This document shows, one piece after another, positions 1 to 13,300 of a stretch of DNA of 64,000 bases. Both the position numbers and the translations under genes were made by a program. Location: contig OZ024743.1 in assembly GCA_964016885.1 (NCBI GenBank), forward strand, positions 252,712,001-252,776,000, read 5' to 3'. How positions within the stretch are numbered: position 1 is the stretch's first letter; every line of letters begins with the position of its first letter. The stretch is from Eledone cirrhosa. Taxonomy: Eukaryota. The notes under the pieces were generated by a model, which searched no databases, had not been told where the DNA came from, and saw only the letters and a list, made by a program, of their open reading frames with translations.

Positions 1-180
1 TATTTTGTTAGAGATGCCTACTGACTGTAGTAGGTTTTACTTTGTATTTAGGTAAGGCGGGTCTTCTCTATTACTGAGTACCGCCAAAGGTCTCGGTCCA
101 ATGACATTGTCTTGGAGAGGTGTAAGCATGTGAGGTCGGAATTTATATATATATATACATACATACATATCTTGGGGAGT

Positions 181-323
181 CCCAGGTTCAATATGGGGTA
201 ACCACAGTAAGTATGATACTCAATACATTAGTAGAGTGTAAACTTCAAATTTAATATAGAAATGGCTTCTACAGGACTAGACCAGTTCTAGACCTGTAGA
301 AGCCATTTCTATATTAAATTTGA
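181..323. mobile_element. Short non-coding fold-back element (family also at 47831-48019 and 62065-62237), centre deleted
   Basis: Shares CCCAGGTTCAAT...GGTAAC...AATATAGAAATGGCTT with the other two copies. 245-323 is a hairpin with 31-bp perfect outer arms. TA/CATA repeats lie nearby. Confidence 0.75.
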
Positions 324-502
324 TATATATGGTAGGCTTCCATGCATTTTCTGTATCCCAAATTTTTTTCCAAAGGCACTGGAATTGCCAAATAGCAATG
401 TTTCACAATTTCACTAGCTCATCCGCCCATGCCAAGCATGACTTCTTGATGTTCAAAGTGACTACTATAAAGAGTTTTGCTGTCATCATCATTATTGTTA
501 TT

Positions 503-692
503 GGATTGGCAGTATCGGTAGAGAATCGGATGCCATGCTTTGAAGCATAGAGTTACCTCCCTGTATGATCTGAGTTCAAATCCCGCCGAGGTTAACTTTG
601 CCTTTCATCCTTCCGGGGTCGATAAAATAAAGTACCAGTAATGCATTGGGTAATTGCTGGCCTTGTGCCAAAAAGTAGAAACAATTATCATT
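503..692 (+). mobile_element. tRNA-derived SINE, family A
   Basis: Head TGGCAGTATCGG, B box GAGTTCAAATCCC, central GCCGAGGTTAACTTTGCCTTTCATCCTTCCGGGGTCGATAAAATAAAGTACC, tail GGCCTTGTGCC...AGAAACAATTAT. Many copies occur in the window. Confidence 0.85.
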
Positions 693-734
693 CATAATGC
701 TTTTTCTCTGGCAGATACCGATATTATACCAAAA

Positions 735-905
735 AAGCCAGCCATAGCTAATAGCCAAAGGTTCTTTGGCTCATTTCTTCTTCAATATTCTAACACCCTC
801 CTTAGAATCCTTGTTGTTCCCAGCAAGGCTGTTTTCTGCAACTATCCAGTCCTGAAGGTAATTTCTAGTTTCTCAAGCTATGCATCCAACCTTCTAGTGA
901 ACCTC
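735..905 (-). mobile_element. 3' fragment of an RLE-type non-LTR retrotransposon (Dong/R4-like)
   Basis: The minus strand reads LQKTALLGTTRILRRVLE, which matches the C-terminal motif recalled for Dong/R4-type elements. Confidence 0.6.
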
Positions 906-1039
906 CAGATGAGCCAGAGCCCTGCATCTGGCTTATATATGATCACACACTACACTGAATGCATTTTATTGTGACAGCAGCATTAGGGTGGCTGTCATGT
1001 CTTTAACAAAACTAAAAGATTCCCCCAAGTTTTCCTTTG

Positions 1040-1555
1040 AAAACCTTTTAATGGCTGGATGCACTTCCTGTCACCAACCACTGTGGCTATACAATGATGG
1101 TGAGTGCTATTGGTGAGGATAGCTACTCAGAAATGTTAATGGAGGAGAGCAGAGGTAGTAATCAGGTCACATTTAATGCTGGTATGTAGGTCTTCTCCAG
1201 TATGGCATGTCATTAATTCTCAAAGCCCTGTATCATGTCCATTGTGAGGTTCGGCTTCTTAACCTCTTCTACAGGTCCCAACCATTAAGATTTCATTGCA
1301 TTTCTATACACAGCTGTCATCTGCCATACACATCACATGCCCATATCAACTCAGTCTTCCCTCTTGCAGATTAGATCCAGTTCCTCTCATTTTAAGTTTT
1401 TCTCTCAGCTCAATTATGCCATATCATTCATGGACACTAATATTACATATCCACTGGAGCAAACTTACTTCGCTTCTTTCTAGTTCTTGTAGATTTTTCT
1501 ACAGTCAAGACCCATGTTTTACTGCCCTATAGTATTGTAGTATGCACTCAGGCAC
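1040..1555 (-). mobile_element. Old RTE LINE 3' fragment
   Basis: Diverged similarity to the RTE copies at 20150-20760 and 26560-27170 (CATCACATGCCCATATCAAC, GGCTGGATGC tail). Confidence 0.65.
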
Positions 1556-1699
1556 TGGTATTGTATGGTCTCATAACCTCAGATGGAGTTGTAGGGCCAC
1601 TGTATTGACATATGCGTTTCTTAGGTATTTACAGACTGGCAGAGCACATCCCTCTGGAAGTATAGAGAGTGAGTGAAAGAATGAAAATGAGAAAGAGAT

Positions 1700-1870
1700 A
1701 TAGAGAAAGAATCGACCCAGCACTAAACTGGTACTTATTTTTATTGATAACAAAAGGATGAAAAGCAAAGTTGATCTTGACATAATTTGAACTCAGAGAG
1801 CAAAGATCCAAAACACACATCACAAAGCATTCAATCTGACATTTTAATGACTTTGCCAATTTGCCACCTA
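1700..1870 (-). mobile_element. SINE family A, diverged
   Basis: GGTACTTATTTTTATTGA...AAGGATGAAAAGCAAAGTTGA...TTTGAACTCAG is the reverse complement of the family A core. Confidence 0.7.
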
Positions 1871-2139
1871 TAAGCATCGTTTTATGTCATCAAAATTAAC
1901 ATATAGGAGAGAGTCATAACAAATTACCTAGGGTCCTGCAGTTCACAATCCTTACTATATTCATAGTACTCTTCCTAAAAGAAAGGTCTTTTACAACAAA
2001 TGAAGCCAAATTTCTACACTAATCTTTTCGATTAAATTTTGAATTATCTTTACCAAGACGTCCAAAAATAACTGGAAAACTTTCACTCGGTTCATTATCC
2101 AAATCCGCGTTATTTCAAGTTTAAGTGGATGATATTTCG

Positions 2140-2929
2140 TCTTCTTCTTCTTCTTCTTCTTCTTCTTCTTCTCCTACTTATTCCTGAGAGGGTCATGGAG
2201 GCAGAGTGCTGAAACGCTCCTTCCAGCAGGTCTTGTCTGAAGCAACCATCTCCTACTGATTTGGCTGATCCCTAAGAGAGACCAGTCAAGCTCAAGGATG
2301 TTATCTAACCATCTTGCTCTGGGTCTACCCCTGGGTCTCCTCCCAGTTGGTTTTGCCCATAAAATCTGTCCAGTGATTCTTTCCTGAGACAATCTAATCA
2401 CATGCCCATAGTATTGGAACTGTGATCTCTTAATAGAGGCTCTACCAGGAGTGATTCTCTGATCTCTGAGATGCGCACTCTATCCTTTGGAGGAAACACA
2501 TTTTGCCTTCTTGCATTCATGATCATATTTTTTCAGTCATTACCTAAGATGCATTATCATAGGTAAGGGTTGGCACAATGTGGAAGCTGGTGCATTACAG
2601 CACCAGCTCCTGCAATTGTTGGATTCAATTCAGGCTCCTACCTTCCATCACACATGAACACAGCCCCGAGATACTTGAACTTCTCTACCTGCTTCAGTGG
2701 AACTCCATTTTTGTAGAATGCATTTTGCAGACTTCCTTGAGAGTACGAGTGTGTCAGTTTTTGCAGCACTGATTTTCATTCTAGCCATGCAGCACTCAGC
2801 ATCGAACGTATCAAATGCAAGTGGAATATCACCTTCTGTTGAGTTAAGTAACACCATGTCATCTACAAATTCCAGCCAATTGATTTTACACCTACCTGTC
2901 ATGACACATTTTTCAATCTGGCTGTGCAT
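2140..2929 (-). mobile_element. 5'-truncated RTE-clade LINE (second family) with (GAA)n tail
   Basis: Minus-strand RT remnants FVDDMVLL and MKISAAKT, the RTE-type C-terminal GRRPRGRPRARWLD, and a (TTC)n tract at 2141-2172. Confidence 0.8.
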
Positions 2930-2940
2930 GTAAAATTAAT

Positions 2941-3120
2941 TGTTTCTACTTTAGGCACAAGGCCAGCAATTACCCAGTGCATTACTGGTTCTTTATTTTA
3001 TCGACCCCGTAAGGATGAAAGGCAAAGTCAACCTTCGCGGGATTTGAACTCAGATCGTAAAGGGACGTAACTATGCTGGAAAGCATGGCGTCTGACCCTC
3101 TACTAATACTGCCAATCCAC
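2941..3120 (-). mobile_element. SINE family A with 11-bp TSD
   Basis: Flanked by GTAAAATTAAT at 2930-2940 and 3121-3131. Confidence 0.88.
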
Positions 3121-3131
3121 GTAAAATTAAT

Positions 3132-3730
3132 GGAATCATTAGAGTATCATAGAAATGCTTTGCAGTATTTGTTCTTTCTCTTTATGAGTTCAAATCCTAC
3201 TGTGGTCAACATTGCTTTTCATCCATCTGGGTCAATAAAATACAGTACCAGCTGGCCTTTGTGCCAAAAATTGAAATAATAATAATAATAAGGTTGGACA
3301 TCATGCTTCGTGGCATAGAGTTACCTCCCTTTACATTCTGGGTTCAAATCCCACCAAGTTTAGCTTTACTGTTCATCCTTAACAGATCGATAAAATAAAG
3401 CACCACTAACATACTGGGATCAATATAATCGACTTTCCCCTCCCATCAAAATGATTGGCCTTGTGCCTAAATCAGAAACCATTATTATTATTATTATCAA
3501 AGAGATTACATTAAGGGTGGTGAATTGGCAGTATTTTGGGACATGTTTTATGGCATAGAGTTTATGGCTTTGCGTTCTGAGATCAAATCCTGCAGATATT
3601 AGCTTTGTCTTTTAACCTTACAGGGTTGATACAATAAGTTACCAATAACATACTGGAGTTGATTTAATCGAATTCCCCACCCCCAAAATTATTGGCCTTG
3701 GGTCAAAATGAGAGACCCTTATTATGATTA
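3132..3730 (+). mobile_element. Three head-to-tail older family A SINEs
   Basis: Three successive GTTCAAATCC/GATCAAATCC...GATAAAATAAAG...GGCCTTGTGCC units separated by (AAT)n/(ATT)n tails. Confidence 0.75.
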
Positions 3731-3963
3731 AAATGTTCAGGTATGAAAAACAAAAAAACTATTAACATTGATGAAACCATCACAAATTAAATCCTGCTCA
3801 GTTATGCATTGATATTTATGTTATGTTTGGCATGATGTTTGCAGGTGAAATTATTAAAAAGATTCCTCATTCTATGTAAGCATTATACTAAAGAATATAT
3901 TGCCTGGTGTTCAAAGTCATTCGTTGCTTTGTTTTGTTATGTTTCTTATTGTCTTATTTTGTG

Positions 3964-4010
<47 letters not shown>

Positions 4011-4016
<6 letters not shown>

Positions 4017-4860
4017 CGTAGTTTAGAAAGCCACAACAATGCAGAGGGAAATCTCGAGGTAGGAAGTGAATGATAGATAGGAGAAATAGGAGAACGTGAA
4101 AATTGAGAGAGACAAAGATGAAAACAAAACAAAGGTAGAAGGGTTAACGTAGTGGAGAATTAATCCCAATATTTCGGGCTCACGCCCATCAACGGGGGAA
4201 AGTTCCAAAAGGGGGGGAACAGGCTAAGCCGGAGAAAGTTGTGATGTCGTTAAAACAGGAATGCCGTTATGGGGAGAAAATTATTTAAAATTTAAATGAG
4301 GGAAAGAATGCGCGTGCGCGTGATAGGTGGTGGCAAAAGCTACTGACCAAATGGGTTAAATCAAGAGGGTGCGCTAGCGTGTGAAAGCCGTAAAATATGT
4401 GTGTGTAAATATATATGTGTGTAACTGTGTGTGTATATGTGTAAGTGTGTATATGTGTGAGTGTGTGTGTGTGTGAAAGATAGTGGGCTGTAGAAGCTGG
4501 AAATCATAGGGTGTGAAAGGTGGTAGGTTGTAAAACATGTGTGCGTGTATAAATATAGATGTGTGTGTGTAAGCGTATGGGTATATATGTGTGTGTAACT
4601 GTGTGTGTATATGTGTGAGTGCGTGTGTGTGTGAAAGATAGTGGGCTGTAGAAGCTGGAAATCAAAGGGTGTGAAAGGTGGTAGGTTGTAAAAACATGTG
4701 TGCGTGTATAAATATAGATGTGTGTGTGTATGCGTATGGGTATGCATATACGTGCTTGTGTGTGAAAATAGCAGGCCGTAAGGGCTGTGAGTGGTCACTA
4801 TGGTTAAGTTAGCCATGTCAGCTCATTTCTCTCAGCCCGGTTGTTAAGTGGGGGTCTGAG
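4011..4860 (-). mobile_element. Non-coding PLE 3'/pLTR remnant with degenerate hammerhead and internal ~180-bp duplication
   Basis: Minus strand near 4162-4198 reads TCCC CCGTTGA T GGGC GTGA GCCC GAAA TA TT GGGA, the same layout as the HHR at 19892. It abuts (TA)n at 3983-4010. Confidence 0.5.
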
Positions 4861-4929
4861 GTTCTTAATAACAAGTGCTTCCTTTATCCTTAACGATCCG
4901 ATGCTGCGTTCAGTCGCTAGGACTGCGAC

Positions 4930-4984
4930 CAAGGGTCTACCCTGTGGGTTTCCGCATTGCGGAAACCCACAGGGTAGACCCTTG
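4930..4984. repeat. Perfect palindrome made of two HHR 3' halves
   Basis: CAAGGGTCTACCCTGTGGGTTTCCGCA-T-TGCGGAAACCCACAGGGTAGACCCTTG. Each arm contains GAAA CCC ACA GGG TA. Confidence 0.85.
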
Positions 4985-4986
4985 TC

Positions 4987-5028
<42 letters not shown>

Positions 5029-5479
5029 TAAATGGACTTTAAATGATGATGCTTAATTTTTCACATTATGAAGTTATTTTATTTTGCTATTATTTCAGAC
5101 CAGCTTCACCAGGTTATTTCTTTTATGATTTAAAATTCAAAGGTTGTAAATAATTAAGAAGTTTGTCTTTGGGGAGCCTGATTAAGTCAGAGTATGAAAA
5201 GTCAAATAATAAAATAAAATCATTGAGAATCATATTTGATGATAAATGCCCAAGAAATATTAAATTTTTCATCAGGGGAAGAAGAAAACTATTTAGCAAT
5301 ATGAATATTTTTGAAAATGGAAATCGAAATAGCTGGAGTAGCTTGATAGGAAACAATTAAACCGTTGGATGTCAAATCAGAAAAATAGGAAAATAAATAT
5401 TTTATTAGGAGAGCAACTTGAAGTAGAGAAGAGACACCTGATATTTCTGCAGTGTTATCAAACAATGGAATATTGGGAA

Positions 5480-5968
5480 TACATACACATGCATACATGC
5501 ACAAATATACACAAGTACAAGCATACACACACTAGGATACAAATACACATGCATACACGCACAAGTATACACATGTACATGCATACACACACTAGGATAC
5601 AAATACACATGCAAACACACACAAGGATACACATGTACATGCATACACACACTAGGATACAAATACACATGCAAACACACACAAGGATACACATGTACAT
5701 GCATACACACACTAGGATACAAATACACATGCATACACGCACAAGGATACACATACTCATGCATACTCATACAAGGATACATATGTACATGCATACACAC
5801 ACAAGGATACAAATACACATACATACACACAGAAGGATACACATGTATATGAATACATACACAAGGATACACATACACATAAGGATACACATGTACATGC
5901 ATACACACACAAGGATACACATTACAAGCATACGCATGCAAGGATGCATACATATATGCATACACACA
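5480..5968. repeat. Minisatellite, ~30-bp unit with ~60-bp higher-order period
   Basis: Alternating CATGCATACACACACTAGGATACAAATACA and CATGCAAACACACACAAGGATACACATGTA units. Confidence 0.9.
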
Positions 5969-6224
5969 CAACAAAAACAAAAGAAATTCAATTTAAATAA
6001 AAACATCATTACTATATGTTGCATGCTGGTTTTTTATGGATTTTCCTTGGGAAAGATGTGACTTCATTAGATGAAATGACTAAGCCGAAACTTCGAAGTC
6101 ACTGCCACGTTTCTACATAGAAATATATTTCTACACTCTAACCACAAGTATTAAGTGCCCATTTAGTTAATGTTTGAATGTTTTAAATACTATGGCATTT
6201 TAAACACACTCAACAAAACATATC

Positions 6225-6597
6225 CACCTCACACTGTAAAGTGGGTGTGTAGGAGTCATGACAAAAAGCACCCAGCACACACTGTAAAGTGGTTGTGTAG
6301 GAGTCATGACAAAAAGCACCCAGCACACACTGTAAAGTGTTTGTGTAGGTGTCATGACAAAAAGTACCCAGCACACACTCTAAAGTGGTTGTGTAGGAGT
6401 CATGGCAAAAAGCAAGCACTCAGCACACACTGGAAGTGTGGTTGCTGTTAGGAAGGGCATCGAGTTGTAGAAACTTAGCCAGACACAGTTCTATATGAGT
6501 AAGACACACTCATTTGATCCAACTTGCCTAAAATGGGACAACTCGTCTAACCCATGCTAGCATGGAAAATGGACGTTAAACGATGAGGACGATGATG
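6225..6597 (+). mobile_element. RTE-type 3' UTR with ~50-bp tandem units
   Basis: 4-5 copies of CACACTGTAAAGTGGTTGTGTAGGAGTCATGACAAAAAGCACCCAG, then TTAGGAAGGGCATC...TGTAGAAAC and a GATGATG tail. Confidence 0.7.
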
Positions 6598-7031
6598 TAT
6601 GTATGTATTTGTAACTCCTGGTGGAGTTGTAGGGGTGCACAAGTGATGGCTTATCTTGGGCATTTTAAAACAGACAGAACCCATCAACTTTCTCCATCAG
6701 AACACAGCCAATTTCTTCCACAGAAGAAGAAAGACTGAGGGAGAAAGGTGAAGTGAGAAAGAGATATAAAGAAAGAATGAACCCTAGTATTGGAGAGGTA
6801 ATTTTTTTTATCAACCTTAATTTCTATAGACTTTTGACTGCGGAATGTTCTCACAACTGACCAATGGGATGCGAGCGTGTCCTATGATGCCGAAATTTGT
6901 TTGTTCTAACCCATATGATTCCAGTTCCACAGAGGAATAACAACACAACCAGGAGCTGGACATATCGATGTATTGACGGAGTAAAACACACTTCAACAAC
7001 ATGTGTACCTGTCTTTCCCACACCAATTCGG

Positions 7032-7086
7032 ACTGCCTGAAGAGGTCGCAGCCAATGATGGCTGTCACAGAAATATATCTAGCAGT
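7032..7086 (+). ncRNA. Type I hammerhead ribozyme motif (PLE remnant ~6820-7150)
   Basis: ACTGC CTGAAGA G GTCGCAGCCA ATGA TGGCTGTCAC A GAAA TATATC TA GCAGT. Helix I ACTGC/GCAGT is perfect and the core is intact. Confidence 0.75.
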
Positions 7087-7185
7087 ATATCTATAATTTA
7101 TAATAAATGAAGCCAAATTTTACATATTTGACTTAATTATTTTATATATATATTACATACGTTAATAATAATACTAATATATATA

Positions 7186-7525
7186 TGGAGGCACATGGCT
7201 TAGTGTTTAGAGCATTGGCCTTACAATCGAAAGGTTGTGAGTTCAATTCTCAGACCAGGTGATGTGTTGTTTCCTTGAGCAAGACACTTTATTTCACATT
7301 GCTCCAGTTTACTCAGTTGTAGAAATGAGATGATAGGGACTGGGGTCCCTATCATTCCACTGCAAAGTGGTCGTGGAGGTGCCACGGCAAAAAAGCATCC
7401 AGCACTCACTGTAAATGAGGTTGGTGTTAGGAAGGGCATCCAGCTGTAGAAATCAAGTCAGAATCAGTTCCTGTCCCACCCTTGCCAGCAGGGAAAAGCG
7501 AACGTAAAATGATGTTAATGATGTT
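7186..7525 (+). mobile_element. tRNA-derived SINE family B with RTE-derived tail
   Basis: A box TGGCTTAGTG, B box GAGTTCAATTC, central CCTTGAGCAAGACACTT. The 3' part matches the RTE 3' UTR (GGAAGGGCATCCAGCTGTAGAAATC). A second copy is at 37732. Confidence 0.85.
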
Positions 7526-7536
7526 ATATATATATA

Positions 7537-7586
<50 letters not shown>

Positions 7587-8179
7587 TATTATTATTAACT
7601 TATGTAAGATATATATTTTTTAGGCACAGACATGGCTATGTGGTTAAGAAGTTCATTTTTTATCTCATCGTTTCACGTTCTGTCCTACTCTATGCCAGCT
7701 TGGTCAATTGTCATTTTTGATGCCTTGCAAATGAATTTTGGTAGTCTGTACTGACACACATCGCATATGCATATATACATACATATATTCTTGGGTCCCA
7801 AATAAATGGGGTGGGGTTGGAAAAGTGGGGGAAGGGAAAATTAGTAAATTTTTCTATTGTCGATATTTAATAAAATAAATTAGTTAGTTTACATTTAAAA
7901 AAAAAATCAAAGTCATTTAATTTACATATTGAGACCCCAACCCATCCAATTTATTTTATAATGTATGAGATTTCTAGTAATGTACATTTTTTTGTCATGT
8001 ATAATGTTTTTTAAGGTCCAAAGAAAATTAATTGTTGCAGGAATGCTACCACTTAAAATAAAATTTCACCAGAGATATATTAATTAGCAAAATTTGATAA
8101 GCAGGGCTAGAATAAGTGTGGAGGTTTGGAAAAATCTGAAAATTTAATAAGCAGGGGGTATTATTTGTGACCTTAGATT

Positions 8180-8349
<170 letters not shown>

Positions 8350-9144
8350 TATATTTATATATAAAGATTTACACATATATATCAAGGTATATGTGTTTAC
8401 AGTTTGTTTATGTCTTTGCAGTTCAACAAAAAAGAGATTGATGAAATATGTAACAGGCATGACAAACCAAAACCTCTAGGGTAAATATCATCAACTAAAT
8501 CTTTTCAAGGCAGTATCCCAGCATGATCCCATTTTAATGATTAAAATCAGTAAAAGAGTCAGATGTTACCTCTCTTCTATATTTTTCAAATTCAGCTACA
8601 ATAAATTTATAACCATGTAGTTATATATTTATTTAATCTACTGGGAATTTCAAACAAGTTTAAGCAGATAAGATAAAAGTTGTTTATTACTGACATAAAT
8701 TTATATAATTTATTTATTTAAATTTTACAGTTAATCAATTACAATTAAAATATTAATTAAAATACAAATTTTATTGAATTTCGTTGATATTTATCTGAAA
8801 AGATAGTTGAATAATTTGAATTTTTATGACTTTATAACTAAAATTAAAATTTAGTTTAGAAATAAAATATTCATTAGTTATTTTGCTGAATTAACTTAAC
8901 AACAACTTAGTAATAACATTTATTCTCTTTTAGGCAATTTTTATTAAAATATTATCTTTTACAAAGAAGTTTTCAAAAGGTTTTCATTTTCAAATTAAAA
9001 GAATTGTGCCATTTCATCTTTCACTGTTTTATACTAATTTTTCCATATCAGGTCAGAATAAATTTGTAAACTGGAATATTTGTAATTAGCAGTCAATGCC
9101 TCCCCTGTCAGGTCAAGGACATAACAAGCACCATAATGTCATAA

Positions 9145-9655
9145 TTCACTCAGCCCAGTCTGTAAAGTGGTAGTGCTGGTGCCATGGTAAAAAGTACTTA
9201 GTTCCCTATGTAAAATGACAGTGCCAGTGACATGATAAAAAGCACCTAGTATAACTTTTAAGTTGGTAGTGCCAGTGCTACAACAAAAAGCACCCATCCT
9301 GCTCTGTAAGCTAGTAGTGCTGATCTCACAACAAAAAGCAACTAGAATACCATGTAGCTGTTAATGCTGGTGCCATGATAAAAAAGGTATCTAGCTCAGC
9401 CTGTCAAGTGTCAGTGCTGGTGCTATGATAAAACACACTTAGTAAACCCTGTTAAGGTGGTAATGTTGAATACACAATAAAATGTTCCTAGTATACTCTG
9501 TAAAAAGGTTGCAATTAGGAAGAACATACAGCTGTTGAAACATATGGAGTGAACAAGCAAGAAGCTGTGATGTGACCAGACGATCTTCAGTACATGTCAA
9601 CCCATCTAACCCATGCAAACATGGAAAATAGATGTCAAGTGGTGGTGGTGGTGGT
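9145..9655 (+). repeat. Diverged ~53-bp tandem array within an RTE-type 3' tail
   Basis: About 7 degenerate units (CTGTAAAGTGGTAGTGCTGGTGCCATGATAAAAAGCACCTAG), then TTAGGAAGAACATACAGCTG and CTAACCCATGC. Confidence 0.65.
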
Positions 9656-10299
9656 AGGGGTGGTTATAATGAATTCATAAAATATTAGAGTAATATCTTA
9701 AATCACATATACGATAAACTTCTGCTATACAAACACAGAACTTTCACAGACCTTCACTACCATATATATATAACCACACCTCTGATATTTCTCCTGTTAG
9801 CCACTTAGTTTCTTTATTTATTTCTGACCCATATATTCTGATGGAATCATAGGGGTGCTGAAGTAACATACTGCATTTCTCGGGCATTTTATAAATCTTG
9901 TCAGAGACCATCACCTCTTTAGGTTAGAACATAGTCAATTTCTTACATAGAAAGAAGGAGAAAGTGAAAGAGAATGATAAAGAGGAGGTGATAAAGAGAT
10001 ATAAAGGAAGAAATGACACCAGAACTAAATTGTAACTATTTTTTATTGACATCAAAATGATGAAAGACGAATTTAATTGACCATAATGGATTTTGAACTC
10101 AGAACACAGAGAGCTGGAATGAATACAGCATTCTGACTTTCTATTTGTCTATTTGATGTTCTAACAACTGCCAATTCATTACTTTTACCATATTTCTAAT
10201 AGAAGACACTGTACTTGGTTTCCAAATATTCTTGAAAATAATCAAGAATTTAAAGGGAATTTGTTCTAGAACTAACATACTGACTATTAAGTTAATGAA

Positions 10300-10510
10300 T
10301 GGGTGGTGTTTTGGTATTGTCAGAAAAAATGCCTTGTGGCATTTTTTTTATGAATTTCTACATTCTGGCTTCAAATCCCACTGAGGATAACTTTTTCTGT
10401 CATTCTCTGGGGTCAATAAAATAAAGTACAGAAAAAGTACTGGAGTTCATATAATTGACTTCCTATTCTCTTCAAATTGCTGGCCATGTGCCAATATTAG
10501 AAATAATTAT
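10300..10510 (+). mobile_element. SINE family A, diverged (others at ~10020-10180 minus and ~14035-14190 plus)
   Basis: TTCAAATCCCACTGAGG...GGGGTCAATAAAATAAAGTAC...GGCCATGTGCC. Confidence 0.7.
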
Positions 10511-11864
10511 TGAGCTGGTGTTTGGAACATAAGTGAACAAAGATTCCTACATTAAATTATAATGGAAGATTTTAGATGAATAAAAAAAACAAATTAAAAT
10601 AAACATTTTTTATCATAGAAGCAGAGAGATTGAACCTGAAACCATAGTTGAGAACGTAACTATACCGTTATGTTTGTGCCTCTGCAAACTCCTTAACCAC
10701 ACAGTCACATGGGTATGGTCAATTTTTAACTTTAAGAGTACACAAATGGTAATTGTTTTATAAACTTCAGAACAACTGTCATCATTATTAACAACATCAG
10801 CATTGTTTTTACATGGTGTCATGGGTTGGATGCAATATTTGAGGTAATGATTACAATGAGATATAGTTCCTGACATCAACCCTTTTAATCACTTTAATCA
10901 CAATTCGATACACTGTACCTATTCTAAACTGGGTACATATAGCTATCCTTCATCATGATCGTTTTACATCCACTTTTCCATGCTACCCTGGTTCGGATGG
11001 AACTTTCTGAGGTAATGTTTTATAGCTGGATGTCATTCCTGATGCCACAATACAGAAGAACATGGTATAATTATTCTAAGCCAGATATACATGGCTACAT
11101 TAAATCATCATCATTGCTTTTACATTGAATTCTTCATGCTGGAATGGGTTTGCAAAGGATGGTTTGAGATAATATGTTACAGCTTGATATGCTTCTTACA
11201 CCAACCCTTTTAGTCACTTCTTACGACATGCAGGAATATGGTGTACATATTCTAAACCTGATACACATGGCTATCATCATCATCATTTAACATCTGCTTT
11301 CCCTGCTAGCAAGGGTTGGATGTGTCTTCACAGAGTGTGTTAATACTGAAGTACTAAACTTCCAGACAGGTTGGAGGTCTTCAAAGATCAGGATCTGCAA
11401 CATTGAAATTAAATATTGTTCTACACTAGAATTTGAACTGGGGGAAAATTTATGATGTAATAAATAACTTCATAAAGTAAGTTTATCACTGCTTGTATCA
11501 ACTCGTGTAGACGCACCCTATATCAATAATTATAAAGTGTGTACCATAGAACTGATCACAGAGCCTAATTAAATATTCCCACATTTTACTGTTGTTAATC
11601 CTATCCCTATTGTCGTGGTTGTTGTTCTTATTACTGTTGTATTTAATAGCTGTCTGTGGACACCGATGTGATAAAAACTTTAATAACTTTTAGTAGTGTT
11701 TTAATGTGGTTTTGCAATTATTTTGTCTAATGAAAAAGAGTTTGGTGTAAATTAATATATCTACTGTTTGATTTTGATTGGTTCAGCTAGGCTGTAAAAT
11801 AAATGTTATTGATATCCACATGTAAATATATTATCATGTATATATATATATATATATATATACG

Positions 11865-11957
<93 letters not shown>

Positions 11958-12879
11958 GTGTGTGTGTGTGTGTATATATACACATATATATATAGGCACA
12001 TGTACATATATACACATACCTATCTTGATCTATGTTGTTCTGTGTAGATACAAAAGTTAATGGAGTGTATTAGCCAAGATAATATAGTTTGTATTAATCA
12101 AATATTTAGCCAGTTAAAATATCTATCTCAGGAAAATACTGTCAGATAATATGATAACATCACCATCTGTTTTGTGGATGGTGTTATATATCAATTAGTT
12201 TACACCTAACTACCTATGAGAGTGTCTCAGCTTCTCCAATATATATTCACTTCAGTTATATCTATCAAGATATCACAATGGCTGTAATGGTAAGCTACTT
12301 CTTAGATACATTAGTAACCACAGATATGTGGGTTCAAACCTTCTCAGGCTAGTTCGTTTTATATATATATTTTTATTTCCCCTAAATCTGGCAATAAAGA
12401 AACTAAAATGCAAATGGTTACTGAGAAAGGGAGAAAATACAAGACAGAGAGAAGATAATTGAAGGAGAGAAAAGATTATGATTGATGTTGCATTTGAAGT
12501 TTTGCAAATTGTAGAAGTCGTAAAAGCAATTATCTGGAAGAGAATCCTATATGCGAGATGCATGAGGGAAGAAACTATCAGAATCATATTTTACAAATTA
12601 CATATGATTGTTCATTTTTTTTGTATAATGTTTAGTCAGTAGGGAAAACAATGTATATGCTAAGTTGTAAATGCTGTATTTAAAATGGAAATGTGACTTG
12701 TGCAATTAATATGGTACATTGTAATTGTTTTATGAAAATCAAATAAAATGTATTTAACAATAAAAGGAAGAAATTTACTATTCATCAACATTTGCATATT
12801 AATAAAACAACAACGAAACAAAGAGAAAACTATCACAAGTAGTGTAGTAGTAAGAGGGAGCATCAGACTCTACACACCA

Positions 12880-13300
12880 GTCTAACTGGTATATCTCAGC
12901 AGCACTCCACTGCAAAATGCCATAGGCATTGCCACAGAGAACAGCAAGTAGCATTCGTTGCATCGGCCACTCTACTTTATGAGACTCCTTCCTCAGCTGG
13001 AATCTGCTGTTCCCAATTTTATAGAAGAAAATGGTAGTTTGTGAATTGAGCACATAGGTAGTCTCAATGGTGACCAGCATGAAAAGGTAGTAATTTATGT
13101 CTCAGTATTTATCTATCTTCCTGTCCTCTGTGTTATGGGTGGTGGTGCCCAGGTTTCTGCCTGAAACTACATGGTTGAAGCTGGAAAACATGTTAAAGTA
13201 TATGGCATCCCAGATTAGAGATTTACCTCTCATGGACAGGAATTAGGATATCCCATTTGAGCTTATACCATCTCCATGGTTAAGGCTGGCATGCTCTAGT
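12880..13300 (-). mobile_element. Degenerate 3' fragment of a CRE-like RLE retrotransposon
   Basis: The ORF 12799-13080 has VTIETT...MQRMLLAVLCGNAYGIL, which resembles the CRE-type C-terminus (ET.G...QRLS.A.QRGNA). Confidence 0.5.

Noticed and set aside
6062-6106. Hammerhead-like TAGATGA...GAAA CTTCGAAG TC
   Set aside because: There are two core changes and no convincing helix I or II. It is possibly a decayed HHR but is not supportable.
6225-6445. Regularly spaced repeats resembling a CRISPR array
   Set aside because: The units are contiguous tandem repeats without unique spacers, in a eukaryotic LINE-tail context with no cas genes.
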